DNA from: Candidatus Zambryskibacteria bacterium RIFCSPLOWO2_01_FULL_39_39
GTDB lineage: Bacteria; Patescibacteriota; Minisyncoccia; Phycocordibacterales; WO2-35-19
Direction: 5' to 3'
Assembly: GCA_001823925.1 (NCBI GenBank)
Contig: MHWB01000013.1
Location: forward strand, 9,338-73,337
Length of the DNA: 64,000 bases
Shown here: positions 48,649-57,876 of the stretch, in pieces
Layout: each line of letters opens with the position of its first letter
How positions within the stretch are numbered: position 1 is the stretch's first letter
Program-made: the position numbers and the translations under genes
Notes under the pieces: model-generated
Databases searched by the model: none
The model's input: the letters and a program-made list of their open reading frames with translations, nothing else
What the model was told of the DNA's origin: nothing

Positions 48649-49149
48649 ATGAAAAATTTATCTAAAAAAGAATGGGTTGCAGTAAGTGTTGGAGTCATTT
48701 TTGTTGGTTATACTTTGTTTGGCGCTGATATTATGAGTTTATTTCAAAAAAATACAATGAGTGACGATTCTTTGGCGGCGACCGTAGCTTCTAATTTTTC
48801 TAATAACGGGGTGATTATAAATGATATCGTGGTTGGGCAAGGCGCTTTGGTTAGACAAGGACAACTTATTTCGGTCCATTATATACTTTCTCTTTCTGAC
48901 GGTACGGTTATTCAAAATTCAAAAGATTTCGGTGTTCCTTTTCAATTTACTTTGGGGGCTGGTGAGGTTATTCCCGGCTGGGAACAGGGCTTTACTAGTA
49001 TGAAAGTTGGTGGGGTGCGCACTATTGTAATACCCCCAGAACTTGCTTATGGGTCACAACAAGCGGGACCAATACCCCCAAATTCTACTTTGGTATTTAC
49101 CATTGAGCTTTTGGATGCGACTGATGTGACTCCTCAGTTGATCCAGTAA
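48649..49149 (+). CDS. FKBP-type peptidyl-prolyl isomerase
   Basis: VIPGWEQG, IPPELAYG, IPPNSTLVF. Confidence 0.95.
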   Translation: MKNLSKKEWVAVSVGVIFVGYTLFGADIMSLFQKNTMSDDSLAATVASNFSNNGVIINDIVVGQGALVRQGQLISVHYILSLSDGTVIQNSKDFGVPFQFTLGAGEVIPGWEQGFTSMKVGGVRTIVIPPELAYGSQQAGPIPPNSTLVFTIELLDATDVTPQLIQ

Positions 49150-49155
49150 TTTATA

Positions 49156-50778
49156 ATGTTTAAAATAGAGCAAAAAATCTCGAAGTCACTGGGTCGAGCT
49201 GGTGTTTTAATTACTCCACATGGGGAGGTACAAACACCTAGCTTTGTAGCTGTCGGTACTAAAGCAACGGTCAAATCTCTCTCACCCGAACAGGTCAAAG
49301 AGGCTGGGTCGCAAATAGTTTTGGCCAATACCTATCATCTTTATTTAGAACCCGGAGAAAAAATTGTGAAAGAAGCGGGGGGCTTGGGTAAGTTTATGAA
49401 TTGGCAAGGTCCAACTATGACAGACTCGGGCGGTTTTCAAGCTTTTTCTTTGGGGGTGGCTTATGGAAGTAAGCTTAGTAAATTTATTGGCAATGAGTCT
49501 CCAAAACAAGAAGAGATAGACGAAGCTTATAGAGAAGAGCGAGATAAGAAAGCAAAGATTACCGAAGATGGGGTGGAATTTAAATCTATTATAGATGGTA
49601 GCAAACATTTTTTTACTCCAGAAAAATCAATGCAAATTCAAAGTGACCTAGGAGCTGATATTATTTTTGCTTTTGATGAGTGTACTTCACCACATGCACC
49701 CAAGGAGTATTTGAAGGAAGCTTTGGCGCGGACTCATCGTTGGGCAGAAAGGTGTTTGATTGAATACAGAAAAAATCACCCCACCCCGACCCTCCCCGAA
49801 GGGGAGGGTGCCCAAAGGGGAACTTTCGGTTATCACACAACAGATTCGGTTACTTGGAAAAATCTTCAACAAAGAGTTTTAGAAATGAGAGAAAAACCTA
49901 CTCCCGCTGAAAATATGCTATGGCAACATTTAAGAAAAAATTCAACAAAATATCATTTTAGAAGACAACATATAGTGGGAAATTTTATTGTTGATTTTGT
50001 TTGCCTAGAAAAATCATTAGTAATTGAAGTTGATGGAGATATCCATGATTACCAAAAGGAAGAAGATAAATCCAGAACAGAGTTTTTAAATAAATTAGGT
50101 TTTTATATTTTAAGATTTAAGAACGAAGAGGTAGTAGAGAATATTTTAAAAGTATTAGAGGGTATAAAGGTTGGTCTTAAAGCCCTCCCCTTTGGGGAGG
50201 GTTTGGGTGGGGTTTCTTCCCAAGCTCTCTTTGGCATAGTCCAAGGTGGCAGGTATGAAGATTTGAGGAAAGAAAGCGCTAAGGTGATAGGAGAGATGGA
50301 TTTTGATGGTTTTGGCATTGGAGGCTCCTTTGTTAAAGAAGATATGGCGACAGCGGTCAAATGGGTGAGTGGAATTTTGCCAACTGATAAACCTAGGCAT
50401 CTTTTGGGGGTGGGAGAGCCTGTTGACATTATTTTTGGTGTTGAAAACGGATGCGACACATTTGACTGTGTCGCCGCGACACGTATGGCGCGCAATGGCA
50501 CACTCTATACCAAACGAGGTAAAATAAATATCAACAACGCCAAGTATAAAAATATTTTTGAGCCGATTGAAGAGGGGTGCAAGTGTTATACTTGTAAAAA
50601 TTATACCTGTTGCTACCTTTCCCACCTTTTTCGCTCCAAAGAAATGTTGGCCGCTACTTTAGCATCTATTCATAATCTTTATTTTATAAATTCTCTGGTT
50701 GCAGAGATGAGAGAATCAATTTTAAACGAAAATTTTTTTGATTTTAAAGAAAATTTTTTAAGAGATTATAAAGTTTAG
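49156..50778 (+). CDS. tgt: tRNA-guanine transglycosylase with an in-frame DUF559 endonuclease insertion
   Basis: LANTYHL, TDSGGFQ, FGIVQGG, PRHLLGVG and CxCxxC motifs; about 145 extra residues between RCLIEYRKN and SSQALFG. Confidence 0.95.
   Translation: MFKIEQKISKSLGRAGVLITPHGEVQTPSFVAVGTKATVKSLSPEQVKEAGSQIVLANTYHLYLEPGEKIVKEAGGLGKFMNWQGPTMTDSGGFQAFSLGVAYGSKLSKFIGNESPKQEEIDEAYREERDKKAKITEDGVEFKSIIDGSKHFFTPEKSMQIQSDLGADIIFAFDECTSPHAPKEYLKEALARTHRWAERCLIEYRKNHPTPTLPEGEGAQRGTFGYHTTDSVTWKNLQQRVLEMREKPTPAENMLWQHLRKNSTKYHFRRQHIVGNFIVDFVCLEKSLVIEVDGDIHDYQKEEDKSRTEFLNKLGFYILRFKNEEVVENILKVLEGIKVGLKALPFGEGLGGVSSQALFGIVQGGRYEDLRKESAKVIGEMDFDGFGIGGSFVKEDMATAVKWVSGILPTDKPRHLLGVGEPVDIIFGVENGCDTFDCVAATRMARNGTLYTKRGKININNAKYKNIFEPIEEGCKCYTCKNYTCCYLSHLFRSKEMLAATLASIHNLYFINSLVAEMRESILNENFFDFKENFLRDYKV
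49778..50213 (+). mobile_element. DUF559 element with 31-bp hairpin-forming terminal inverted repeats
   Basis: Left ACCCCACCCCGACCCTCCCCGAAGGGGAGGG; right (reverse complement) ACCCCACCCAAACCCTCCCCAAAGGGGAGGG; 28/31 identical; encloses TPAENMLW, FRRQ, IVDF, IEVDGDIH, ILRF. Confidence 0.85.
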
Positions 50779-50783
50779 ATAAT

Positions 50784-51635
50784 ATGATTTACAATCTTTA
50801 TAAACAGCGGGGGGAGACACCACTAGAATGTATCCAAAGATTTGCCAGAAAAACTCCAGAATTAAAGGGAGAGAAGATGACCTATTTGGGGAGGTTGGAC
50901 CCTTTGGCCGAAGGGGTTTTGCTTATGGCTAGTGGCATTGACGTAAAGAGGAAAGAGGAGTTTTTGGGGTTGGATAAGGAATATGATTTTATTTCTATTT
51001 TTGGCTTTGCTACCGACACCTATGATGTGCTTGGTAAAATTGTAAGAGTAGAAAAAGTGCCCATTCGACAAGCTCAGGGTGAAAATGCTAATACCATTTT
51101 CGAAAATGAAATTAGGAAAGTGGCGTTAATTTATGAAGGAGAAAGAGAACAGAAATACCCAACGTATTCTTCTAAAATTATAGCCAATAAAAAAACCTCA
51201 CCCCTCGCTTCGCGTAGCCCTCTCCTTGTTCAGGAGAGGGAAGGCGTGGAGTCAGGGTCTTTGGGTTTTCCCTCCCCTGAGCAAGGGGAGGGTGGGGTGG
51301 GGTTTTCTAAAAAAATTACTATACATAAAATTCAATTTCATAAATTAGAAACTCTAAACAATAAAGAACTTTTTGGTAGGCTTCTTTCAGATATTTCAAA
51401 AGTAAATGGTGATTTCAGACAGCATGAAATTTTGATTTTATGGAAAGAAATTTTACTTAATTCGGGTGCGCCCCGGAGTTATTTTTTGGGTAGGTTTAGC
51501 GCTCATGTCTCAAGTGGCACTTATATCCGCGGTTTGGTAAACGATATAGGCAATACTTTGGGTTGTGGGGCCACCACTCTTTCTATCAAAAGGACAAGGG
51601 TTGGGGATTACAAAATTGAAGACAGTATAAAATAA
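50784..51635 (+). CDS. truB: tRNA pseudouridine(55) synthase with in-frame insertions
   Basis: GRLDPLAEG, ATDTYD, SSGTYIR, RTRVG. Confidence 0.88.
   Translation: MIYNLYKQRGETPLECIQRFARKTPELKGEKMTYLGRLDPLAEGVLLMASGIDVKRKEEFLGLDKEYDFISIFGFATDTYDVLGKIVRVEKVPIRQAQGENANTIFENEIRKVALIYEGEREQKYPTYSSKIIANKKTSPLASRSPLLVQEREGVESGSLGFPSPEQGEGGVGFSKKITIHKIQFHKLETLNNKELFGRLLSDISKVNGDFRQHEILILWKEILLNSGAPRSYFLGRFSAHVSSGTYIRGLVNDIGNTLGCGATTLSIKRTRVGDYKIEDSIK
51195..51303. repeat. Nuclease-free DUF559-family element (both ends) in frame in truB
   Basis: ACCTCACCCC..CCCTCTCCT-TGTTC-AGGAGAGGG ... CCCTCCCCT-GAGCA-AGGGGAGGG TGGGGTGGGGT. Confidence 0.88.
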
Positions 51636-52085
51636 TTAATTTAAAACTTCTTCAACTATCTTTTTGACCAAAGTGCCATCAGCTTCTCCCTTACATTCTT
51701 TCATAACAGCACCCATAAATTGGCCCATTTTACTTTTGTCTACCTCTCCCATTTCTGATTTTTTCTTAATTACAATTTCTCTTATTTTGTCTTCTGACAT
51801 TTGAGCTGGCAAAAATTCTTCTAGTATTTTGAGTTCGGATTTTTCGTTATCTGCTAGATCTTTACGGTCGCCTTTCAAAAATTGCTCAATGGAATCTTTC
51901 CTTTGTTTAACTAATCTGCGGATTACTACAGTAGCCTCTTCGTCTGAGAGTCTGTCTTGAGGTTTTCGTTTTAGAGCCACTGCTTCATTTGTAAAAGAAG
52001 CCAAAACACCACGCAAGGTAGTAAGTTTTACCTCGTCCTTAGCCCGCATCGCGTCTTTAATTTGATCTTGAATTTGATTGTGCAT
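51636..52085 (-). CDS. GatB/YqeY domain protein
   Basis: AMRAKD, KQRKDSIEQF, FLPAQMSE, MGAVMK. Confidence 0.95.
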   Translation of the reverse strand: MHNQIQDQIKDAMRAKDEVKLTTLRGVLASFTNEAVALKRKPQDRLSDEEATVVIRRLVKQRKDSIEQFLKGDRKDLADNEKSELKILEEFLPAQMSEDKIREIVIKKKSEMGEVDKSKMGQFMGAVMKECKGEADGTLVKKIVEEVLN

Positions 52086-52121
52086 AAAGAAAGTCTACCA
52101 AATTTCTGATATAATTTCCAT

Positions 52122-53168
52122 ATGCAAAATGTAGCCTTAATAATATTAGCGGTTGGGCTTTTGGTGGCCGTTTTTGCTTTGCTTAAGAGAAAAACAGAGT
52201 CAAAAACAGACGATGGTGCTATGAAGCTTCTTTTGGAGCAGATGAACGAACTCTCTCGAGTCGTGGATAGAAAAATAGGAGAAACAACCAAACAAGTAAA
52301 TGAATCAATGAAAGATCAATTCAGAGAATCAAGCAAGCTTATTCGTGATGTGACTCAAGGCTTGACCAAGCTTGATGAGACCAATAAACAAGTGATCTCT
52401 TTTGCTGATCAGCTTCAAAATTTGCAAGATATTTTAAAAAATCCAAAACAGCGAGGGATTTTGGGTGAATATTATTTGGAAACACTTTTAAAAAATGTTT
52501 TGGCGCCGGCTCAATATCAAATGCAGTATGTATTTGGAAATGGCGAAATCGTAGATGCGGTAGTATTTGTCAAAGACAAAATAATTCCGATCGATTCCAA
52601 ATTTTCTCTTGAAAATTATAATCGTCTGATAGAAGCCAAAGACCCGATAGAAAAAGAGAGACTGGAGAAGATCTTTATAAATGATCTTAAACTACGCATT
52701 ACCGAAACATCAAAATATATCAAACCCTCAGAAGGCACTATGGATTTTGCCTTTATGTTTATCCCGCACGAGGCTATTTATTATGATTTGCTTATAAACA
52801 AAATAGGAGCAGTGGTTGAAGATACCGAAAATCTGATCCAAAGAGCGGCTGGCAAATATAAAGTGATTATTGTCTCGCCCACCTCTTTCTTGGCCTATCT
52901 TCAGACTGTCTTACAGGGTCTCAAAGCTATGCAAATAGAAGAAACGGCCAAAGATATTGTGAAGCGTGTCGGTGAGCTGTCCGAACACCTCAAAAAATAC
53001 GAAACATATCATAATAAACTCGGAAATTCACTAGAGACGGTGGTCAACCATTTCAATGCTTCCAGTAAAGAATTTAAAAAAGTAGACAAAGATGTGGTGC
53101 GCATCACTGGCGTCTCTCAGTCCTTTGATGTGCCTGTTTTGGATAAACCTGACAACGATTCTATATAG
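52122..53168 (+). CDS. rmuC: DNA recombination protein RmuC
   Basis: RGILGE, IDSKF, MFIPHEAIY, VSPTS. Confidence 0.95.
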   Translation: MQNVALIILAVGLLVAVFALLKRKTESKTDDGAMKLLLEQMNELSRVVDRKIGETTKQVNESMKDQFRESSKLIRDVTQGLTKLDETNKQVISFADQLQNLQDILKNPKQRGILGEYYLETLLKNVLAPAQYQMQYVFGNGEIVDAVVFVKDKIIPIDSKFSLENYNRLIEAKDPIEKERLEKIFINDLKLRITETSKYIKPSEGTMDFAFMFIPHEAIYYDLLINKIGAVVEDTENLIQRAAGKYKVIIVSPTSFLAYLQTVLQGLKAMQIEETAKDIVKRVGELSEHLKKYETYHNKLGNSLETVVNHFNASSKEFKKVDKDVVRITGVSQSFDVPVLDKPDNDSI

Positions 53169-53240
53169 AAAAATGATAGAAAAACTTTCTTGATGTTTTT
53201 CTTGCAATATTTTGATAAATCCTGTAGAGTAGTCTCTGTT

Positions 53241-53690
53241 ATGCCAGAAACAAAAGAGACCAAAAAAGAATCAAAAAAGAGCCTCCCAAAGGCCAAGAGT
53301 ATCCCAAGTAAAGTCCCGACGCCCAAGGTCGGAGCGAAACCTAGCGATGGATCTTTCGCTATTATTGAGACAGGGGGCAAGCAATACAGGGTGGCCATAG
53401 GAGATACTATAAAAATAGAAAAGTTAAAAGCCGACTCCGCCAAAGGCTCCGCCCTGCCAAAGGAAGGGGATGTAATAGTTTTTGATAAGGTCCTTTTGAT
53501 TGATAATGGTACCGACTCTACTGATATTGGTACCCCGTATATTGAGGGAGCCAAAGTTTCTGCTACTCTAGTTGAGATTGCTCGCAATGCTAAAATTATT
53601 GTTATCAAATACAAACAAAAAAGCCGTTACTTCAAAAAAAATGGCCACCGTCAGCCATACTTCAAAGTTCAAATAAACAAAATTTCATAA
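53241..53690 (+). CDS. rplU: 50S ribosomal protein L21 with N-terminal extension
   Basis: FAIIETGGKQYRV, GHRQPY. Confidence 0.95.
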   Translation: MPETKETKKESKKSLPKAKSIPSKVPTPKVGAKPSDGSFAIIETGGKQYRVAIGDTIKIEKLKADSAKGSALPKEGDVIVFDKVLLIDNGTDSTDIGTPYIEGAKVSATLVEIARNAKIIVIKYKQKSRYFKKNGHRQPYFKVQINKIS

Positions 53691-53724
53691 TAAAAAATAA
53701 AACCGGATCATTTCCGATTTTATT

Positions 53725-54318
53725 TTAACTAAAGAAGAAATCGCGGAATTGGAAGAGGATGAGGAAGATTATTATGAGATACCAAGTGGAGAGGATTTGA
53801 AAATGATTTTTCGATATAAAATGACCTAAAGTGTCAATTATTTTTTGTTGTTTTACTTTTAAAGATTGTAGGACAAAATGGTTTTCTCTAAAATTCCAAA
53901 TGGTGGTGTAGAGGAAGAGTGGCCAAGTGACTGTCCAGACGATCATACAATAAATACAGAGTGAACCAATATTGTAAACGCTTTGATAGAAAAACCACAT
54001 TATAAAAATCATAGAAGCCAAAGTGCCCAAATTAACCAATAGCCAAAGAGGTTTGCGAGAGCGACCACCAGAATAAAGCATTATACCGATAGAGAGGAGC
54101 ATACTGAAAGCAACAATCCCTAAAAGAGAATTGGGAAATCCAAACACTTCTCCCTGCCAAGCTGTTGCGACACTTGTACAACTTACGAATGGGTTTATGT
54201 TGCAGGGTAGACTTACATTAGGATTTTTTATAAGTTTTATAGTGTCTAGTGTGAGTAAAAAGGAAGCCAAAAGACCGATAATACTACCGACTATTAAAAT
54301 GTATGGATAAGATTTCAT
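53725..54318 (-). CDS. Vitamin K epoxide reductase (VKOR) family protein
   Basis: CNINPFVSC, FGFPNS, LCIYC. Confidence 0.93.
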   Translation of the reverse strand: MKSYPYILIVGSIIGLLASFLLTLDTIKLIKNPNVSLPCNINPFVSCTSVATAWQGEVFGFPNSLLGIVAFSMLLSIGIMLYSGGRSRKPLWLLVNLGTLASMIFIMWFFYQSVYNIGSLCIYCMIVWTVTWPLFLYTTIWNFRENHFVLQSLKVKQQKIIDTLGHFISKNHFQILSTWYLIIIFLILFQFRDFFFS

Positions 54319-54442
54319 AATTTCTAATTGTTCTAATTATACTAATTATTCTAAATAAGTACCAATCTACAATTCCTAAATTTTAAAATTGGGATTTGTT
54401 TAGGTTAATTAGAGTAATTAGGAATTAGGTTAATTCAAGCTT

Positions 54443-55081
54443 TTAGCTTCTATTTTGCAGGGCGTTCCTCAATGTATCCTGATCTGCGTATTCAAGCTCT
54501 GTACCCATGGAAAGTCCCTTACCTAAATGAGTTATTTTTGTCTTATTTTTTTCTACTAGTGGTATCAAAAGTTTTTCTACATAATCTGCCGTATTTTCCC
54601 CATCTGGATTCCAGTTAACGCCCAAAATTATTTCTCTTAGTCGTGCCGAAGCATTCTGCGAAGGCGGGTTTATCCTCCTCTCAATAAAAATTTTAAGTTC
54701 TTTTACTCTTATCCTTTTTTCTGGTTCTTTTTCTAAGATGGGGACTGAGCCTCCAAGCACAAAATAGATGCCTCTGTAGCCTCCATTTTTCTCTACCGAT
54801 TCCAAATCCACATCTCTTTGTACCAACATAAGCACGGAGCTATCCCTAGTCTGGTCGGAACAAATTTTACATAAACTTGTTTTATTATTATTTTTTTGAA
54901 AAAATCTCCTGCAATCGGCACACATCACTACATCGTTTTTTAATTCCAAAATATTTTGAGAGAGATCTTCTAAGGTGCCATTGGCGCGAGTAAGTAGATA
55001 GTAGACAAAGCGTCTAGCCTGCCGAGGCCCTATCCCCGGAAACTCTGAAAATATTTTTATTAATTTTTCTATAGAATTCAT
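54443..55081 (-). CDS. recR: Recombination protein RecR
   Basis: FPGIGPRQARR, C4 zinc finger, YFVLGG, GTELEYAD. Confidence 0.95.
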   Translation of the reverse strand: MNSIEKLIKIFSEFPGIGPRQARRFVYYLLTRANGTLEDLSQNILELKNDVVMCADCRRFFQKNNNKTSLCKICSDQTRDSSVLMLVQRDVDLESVEKNGGYRGIYFVLGGSVPILEKEPEKRIRVKELKIFIERRINPPSQNASARLREIILGVNWNPDGENTADYVEKLLIPLVEKNKTKITHLGKGLSMGTELEYADQDTLRNALQNRS

Positions 55082-55093
55082 TTTTTTCTTTTT

Positions 55094-55149
55094 CCCTTCA
55101 CCTTCGCAAGGTGAGGGGCAGTTTTCCGTAAGGAAAACGAGGTGGGGTC
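55094..55149. repeat. Intergenic double-hairpin element (copy 2)
   Basis: CCCTTCACCTT-CGC-AAGGTGAGGGGCA GTTTTCC-GTAA-GGAAAAC GAGGTGGGGTC. Confidence 0.85.
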
Positions 55150-55150
55150 G

Positions 55151-56539
55151 TTAAAACTCCCTAAACTCACTCTCAGCGCCACTAAATTGCGCTTTTTCTA
55201 GAGGCAGGAATGTGGCCTTCTTTTCATCAAAGAAGAGCTCCACTTTGCCAGTCGCGCCGTTTCGGTGCTTCTCAATCAATATTTCGGCGATGTTGGTCTT
55301 CTCTGATGCTTCTGTGTTTTTAGCTTTATCCTCTCGGTGGATAAACATAACCACATCAGCATCTTGCTCAATCGACCCAGAGTCCCGCAGGTCAGAGAGT
55401 TTAGGCTTACCACCTCGCTGTTCAATGGCGCGAGAAAGTTGGGAAAGGGCAAGGACGGGTACTTCTAGTTCGCGCGCCAAATTTTTAAGTGACCTTGAAA
55501 TTTCGGTCACTTGGTTGACCATTGAATCATAATTTTTGGTGGTGATCATGAGCTGTAAATAGTCTACTACAATTAGACCAAGACCTTTTTCATTTTTAAG
55601 TCTTCTGGCGACCGAACGCATTTTTAAAATATTATTACCAGGTTGGTCGTCTATAAAAATAGGCGCTTTAGATAAAACGTCCAAAGATTGGCGAATGGCC
55701 GCAAAGTCATCCTCCCTATTTAATTTGCCGGTACGCAGTTTCCAAGCATCTACATTTGACTGGCTTGCGAGCATACGATCCACAAGTTGTTGGGAACTCA
55801 TCTCAAGTGAAAATATGCCGACTGGCACATTGTGATAGACGGCCGCTTGGCGAGCGATGTCTAGAGCTAGTGCAGTTTTACCGACGGAGGGCCTAGCGGC
55901 CAAAATTATAAGATCTGATTTTTGAAGACCGGAGAGCTTTTCATCCAGCTCTTTAAAGCCAGTTGGTACGCCCCGCAGACCGTCTCCGGAATTATGAAGT
56001 CTGTCCAATCTCTCCCATGCTTCCGAGAGCTCTTCTTTAAGTTCTACAAATTTGTGGATACTGGATACATTGGTCACGTCATATATTTTCTTTTGAGCTT
56101 GATCCAAAAGTTCTTCTAACTCTGCGACTTCGTCATAACCCAAAGAGGAAATAAAATCAGCCGCTCCTATCAAATTGCGGGCGATGTGTTTCTTTTGGAT
56201 TATTTGTGCGTAATAAGAAGCGTTGGCCGCCGAAGGTACTGAATTTATTATTTCCCCTAGATAAGTATTGCCACCAGTTTCTTCCAAAAGATTCTTTTCT
56301 TTAAGTCTAGCCGAAACGGTGAGCAGATCCGTAGGGTTTCTCTTGCTGAAAAGCTCAAGCATCGTCTCAAATATCAGACGGTGTCTTTCAGAATAAAATG
56401 AGCTGGAGTGAGTGAGGTCGGTGATTTCAAACATTACCTCTGGCCGGAGCATTATAGAGCCGAGCAAAGCTCTTTCGGCCTCGGTGTTGTTGGGTGGGAT
56501 CCTTAAATGAGTTTTTTTCTGTTCCATGCTGATCATCAT
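55151..56539 (-). CDS. dnaB: Replicative DNA helicase
   Basis: AARPSVGKT, VDYLQL, LSQLSR, DLRDSGSIEQDAD. Confidence 0.98.
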   Translation of the reverse strand: MMISMEQKKTHLRIPPNNTEAERALLGSIMLRPEVMFEITDLTHSSSFYSERHRLIFETMLELFSKRNPTDLLTVSARLKEKNLLEETGGNTYLGEIINSVPSAANASYYAQIIQKKHIARNLIGAADFISSLGYDEVAELEELLDQAQKKIYDVTNVSSIHKFVELKEELSEAWERLDRLHNSGDGLRGVPTGFKELDEKLSGLQKSDLIILAARPSVGKTALALDIARQAAVYHNVPVGIFSLEMSSQQLVDRMLASQSNVDAWKLRTGKLNREDDFAAIRQSLDVLSKAPIFIDDQPGNNILKMRSVARRLKNEKGLGLIVVDYLQLMITTKNYDSMVNQVTEISRSLKNLARELEVPVLALSQLSRAIEQRGGKPKLSDLRDSGSIEQDADVVMFIHREDKAKNTEASEKTNIAEILIEKHRNGATGKVELFFDEKKATFLPLEKAQFSGAESEFREF

Positions 56540-56620
56540 ATCTTATACAAACAAGACTTCAAAATAAAACTATTAAAAAACTGTTTAGAAAAAGGGGATA
56601 ACTTATGCTAAAATATAAAT

Positions 56621-57508
56621 ATGGCCACTGCCTATACTCACCAAAGTTCAAACGTCTTCAAAACCTATATTTTGATGGGTTTATTTTTGGTCTGTCTGGC
56701 TGGTCTAGGGTATTTTGTTTCTGTTTATTATGATAATCCGGCCCTGTTTTATATCGCGATTATTTTTAGTTTAGTCATGAATTTTGCCAGTTTTTGGTTT
56801 TCTGACAAAATAGTGCTCTCTATATCCAAAGCTCGCGAGGCAAAGCGACAAGAATTTTTTGACCTTTATACAGTGACCGAAAATCTTTCTATCACAGCTG
56901 GACTACCAATGCCCAAAATTTATATTATTGATGACAGAGCTCCCAACGCTTTTGCGACCGGCAGAGATAAGGAGCATGCTGTTGTTGCTGTCACGACTGG
57001 CCTCCTTCAAAAATTAGAAAAGTCCGAGCTCGAAGGAGTGATCGCTCACGAACTTTCTCATATTGGTAATCGGGATATTTTGCTTATGAGCGCCGTGGTG
57101 GTGCTGGTCGGATTTGTTTCTATTATTTCTGATATGTTTTTGAGGGGTTTTATGTTTAGAGGTGGCAGTAGAGACAATAAAAGCGGGGGAGCCTTGGCTA
57201 TTGTTGGCATTGTTCTCATAATCCTATCGCCGATTATTGCTACTTTGATAAAACTTGCAATTTCTCGTCGGCGCGAATATCTAGCTGACGCCTCTGGAGC
57301 ACTGCTTACGAGATACCCGGAAGGTTTGGCTAAAGCACTAGAAAAAATTGCAAGTTTCAATATACCCATGAAAACGGCAAGTACTGCTACTGCCCATCTT
57401 TTTATTTCCAATCCGTTTGGCAGTAAAGGCACATCAATCTCAAATCTTTTCCAGACTCACCCACCCATAACAGAGAGGATAAAAATTTTACGCGGGCTGG
57501 ACAATTAA
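56621..57508 (+). CDS. htpX: Zinc metalloprotease HtpX (M48)
   Basis: PNAFATG, AHELSH, REYLAD, THPP. Confidence 0.96.
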   Translation: MATAYTHQSSNVFKTYILMGLFLVCLAGLGYFVSVYYDNPALFYIAIIFSLVMNFASFWFSDKIVLSISKAREAKRQEFFDLYTVTENLSITAGLPMPKIYIIDDRAPNAFATGRDKEHAVVAVTTGLLQKLEKSELEGVIAHELSHIGNRDILLMSAVVVLVGFVSIISDMFLRGFMFRGGSRDNKSGGALAIVGIVLIILSPIIATLIKLAISRRREYLADASGALLTRYPEGLAKALEKIASFNIPMKTASTATAHLFISNPFGSKGTSISNLFQTHPPITERIKILRGLDN

Positions 57509-57510
57509 AA

Positions 57511-57759
57511 ATGATGTATACTTTATTGCAGAGGTGGTCCGTGAATAACCAACTTCGTTTTCCACCCGATTGTCATGTGGTCGGGGAGGTTTCTGTCTCC
57601 AGACAAGGAGAATTAGAAACCAGTAACGTGTACGTTGAAGGTATTCACCCAGAGTTACACCTTTATGGTCCAGTCTCGTACCAACAAAAAGGGGATGGTA
57701 GTTTGGAAACGATAGTGAGAGTTGTTACGGGGTTGCCGCCGGAGGTATTTTTGGGATGA
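57511..57759 (+). CDS. Hypothetical protein
   Basis: Short ORF directly after htpX. Confidence 0.4.
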   Translation: MMYTLLQRWSVNNQLRFPPDCHVVGEVSVSRQGELETSNVYVEGIHPELHLYGPVSYQQKGDGSLETIVRVVTGLPPEVFLG

Positions 57760-57876
57760 AGAATATGAGTATGGGATGGCACAATCCTCGTTGTCGTCCC
57801 TTTTTATATATAAATTATTTTGGAAATGAAAATGGCTCTATCCAATTGGATAAAGCCATGGTACTACGTATATTGC

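Noticed and set aside
49778-50213. Intein or group I/II intron in tgt
   Set aside because: No intein splice-junction residues and no recognisable intron core; the insert is almost entirely nuclease ORF plus repeats.
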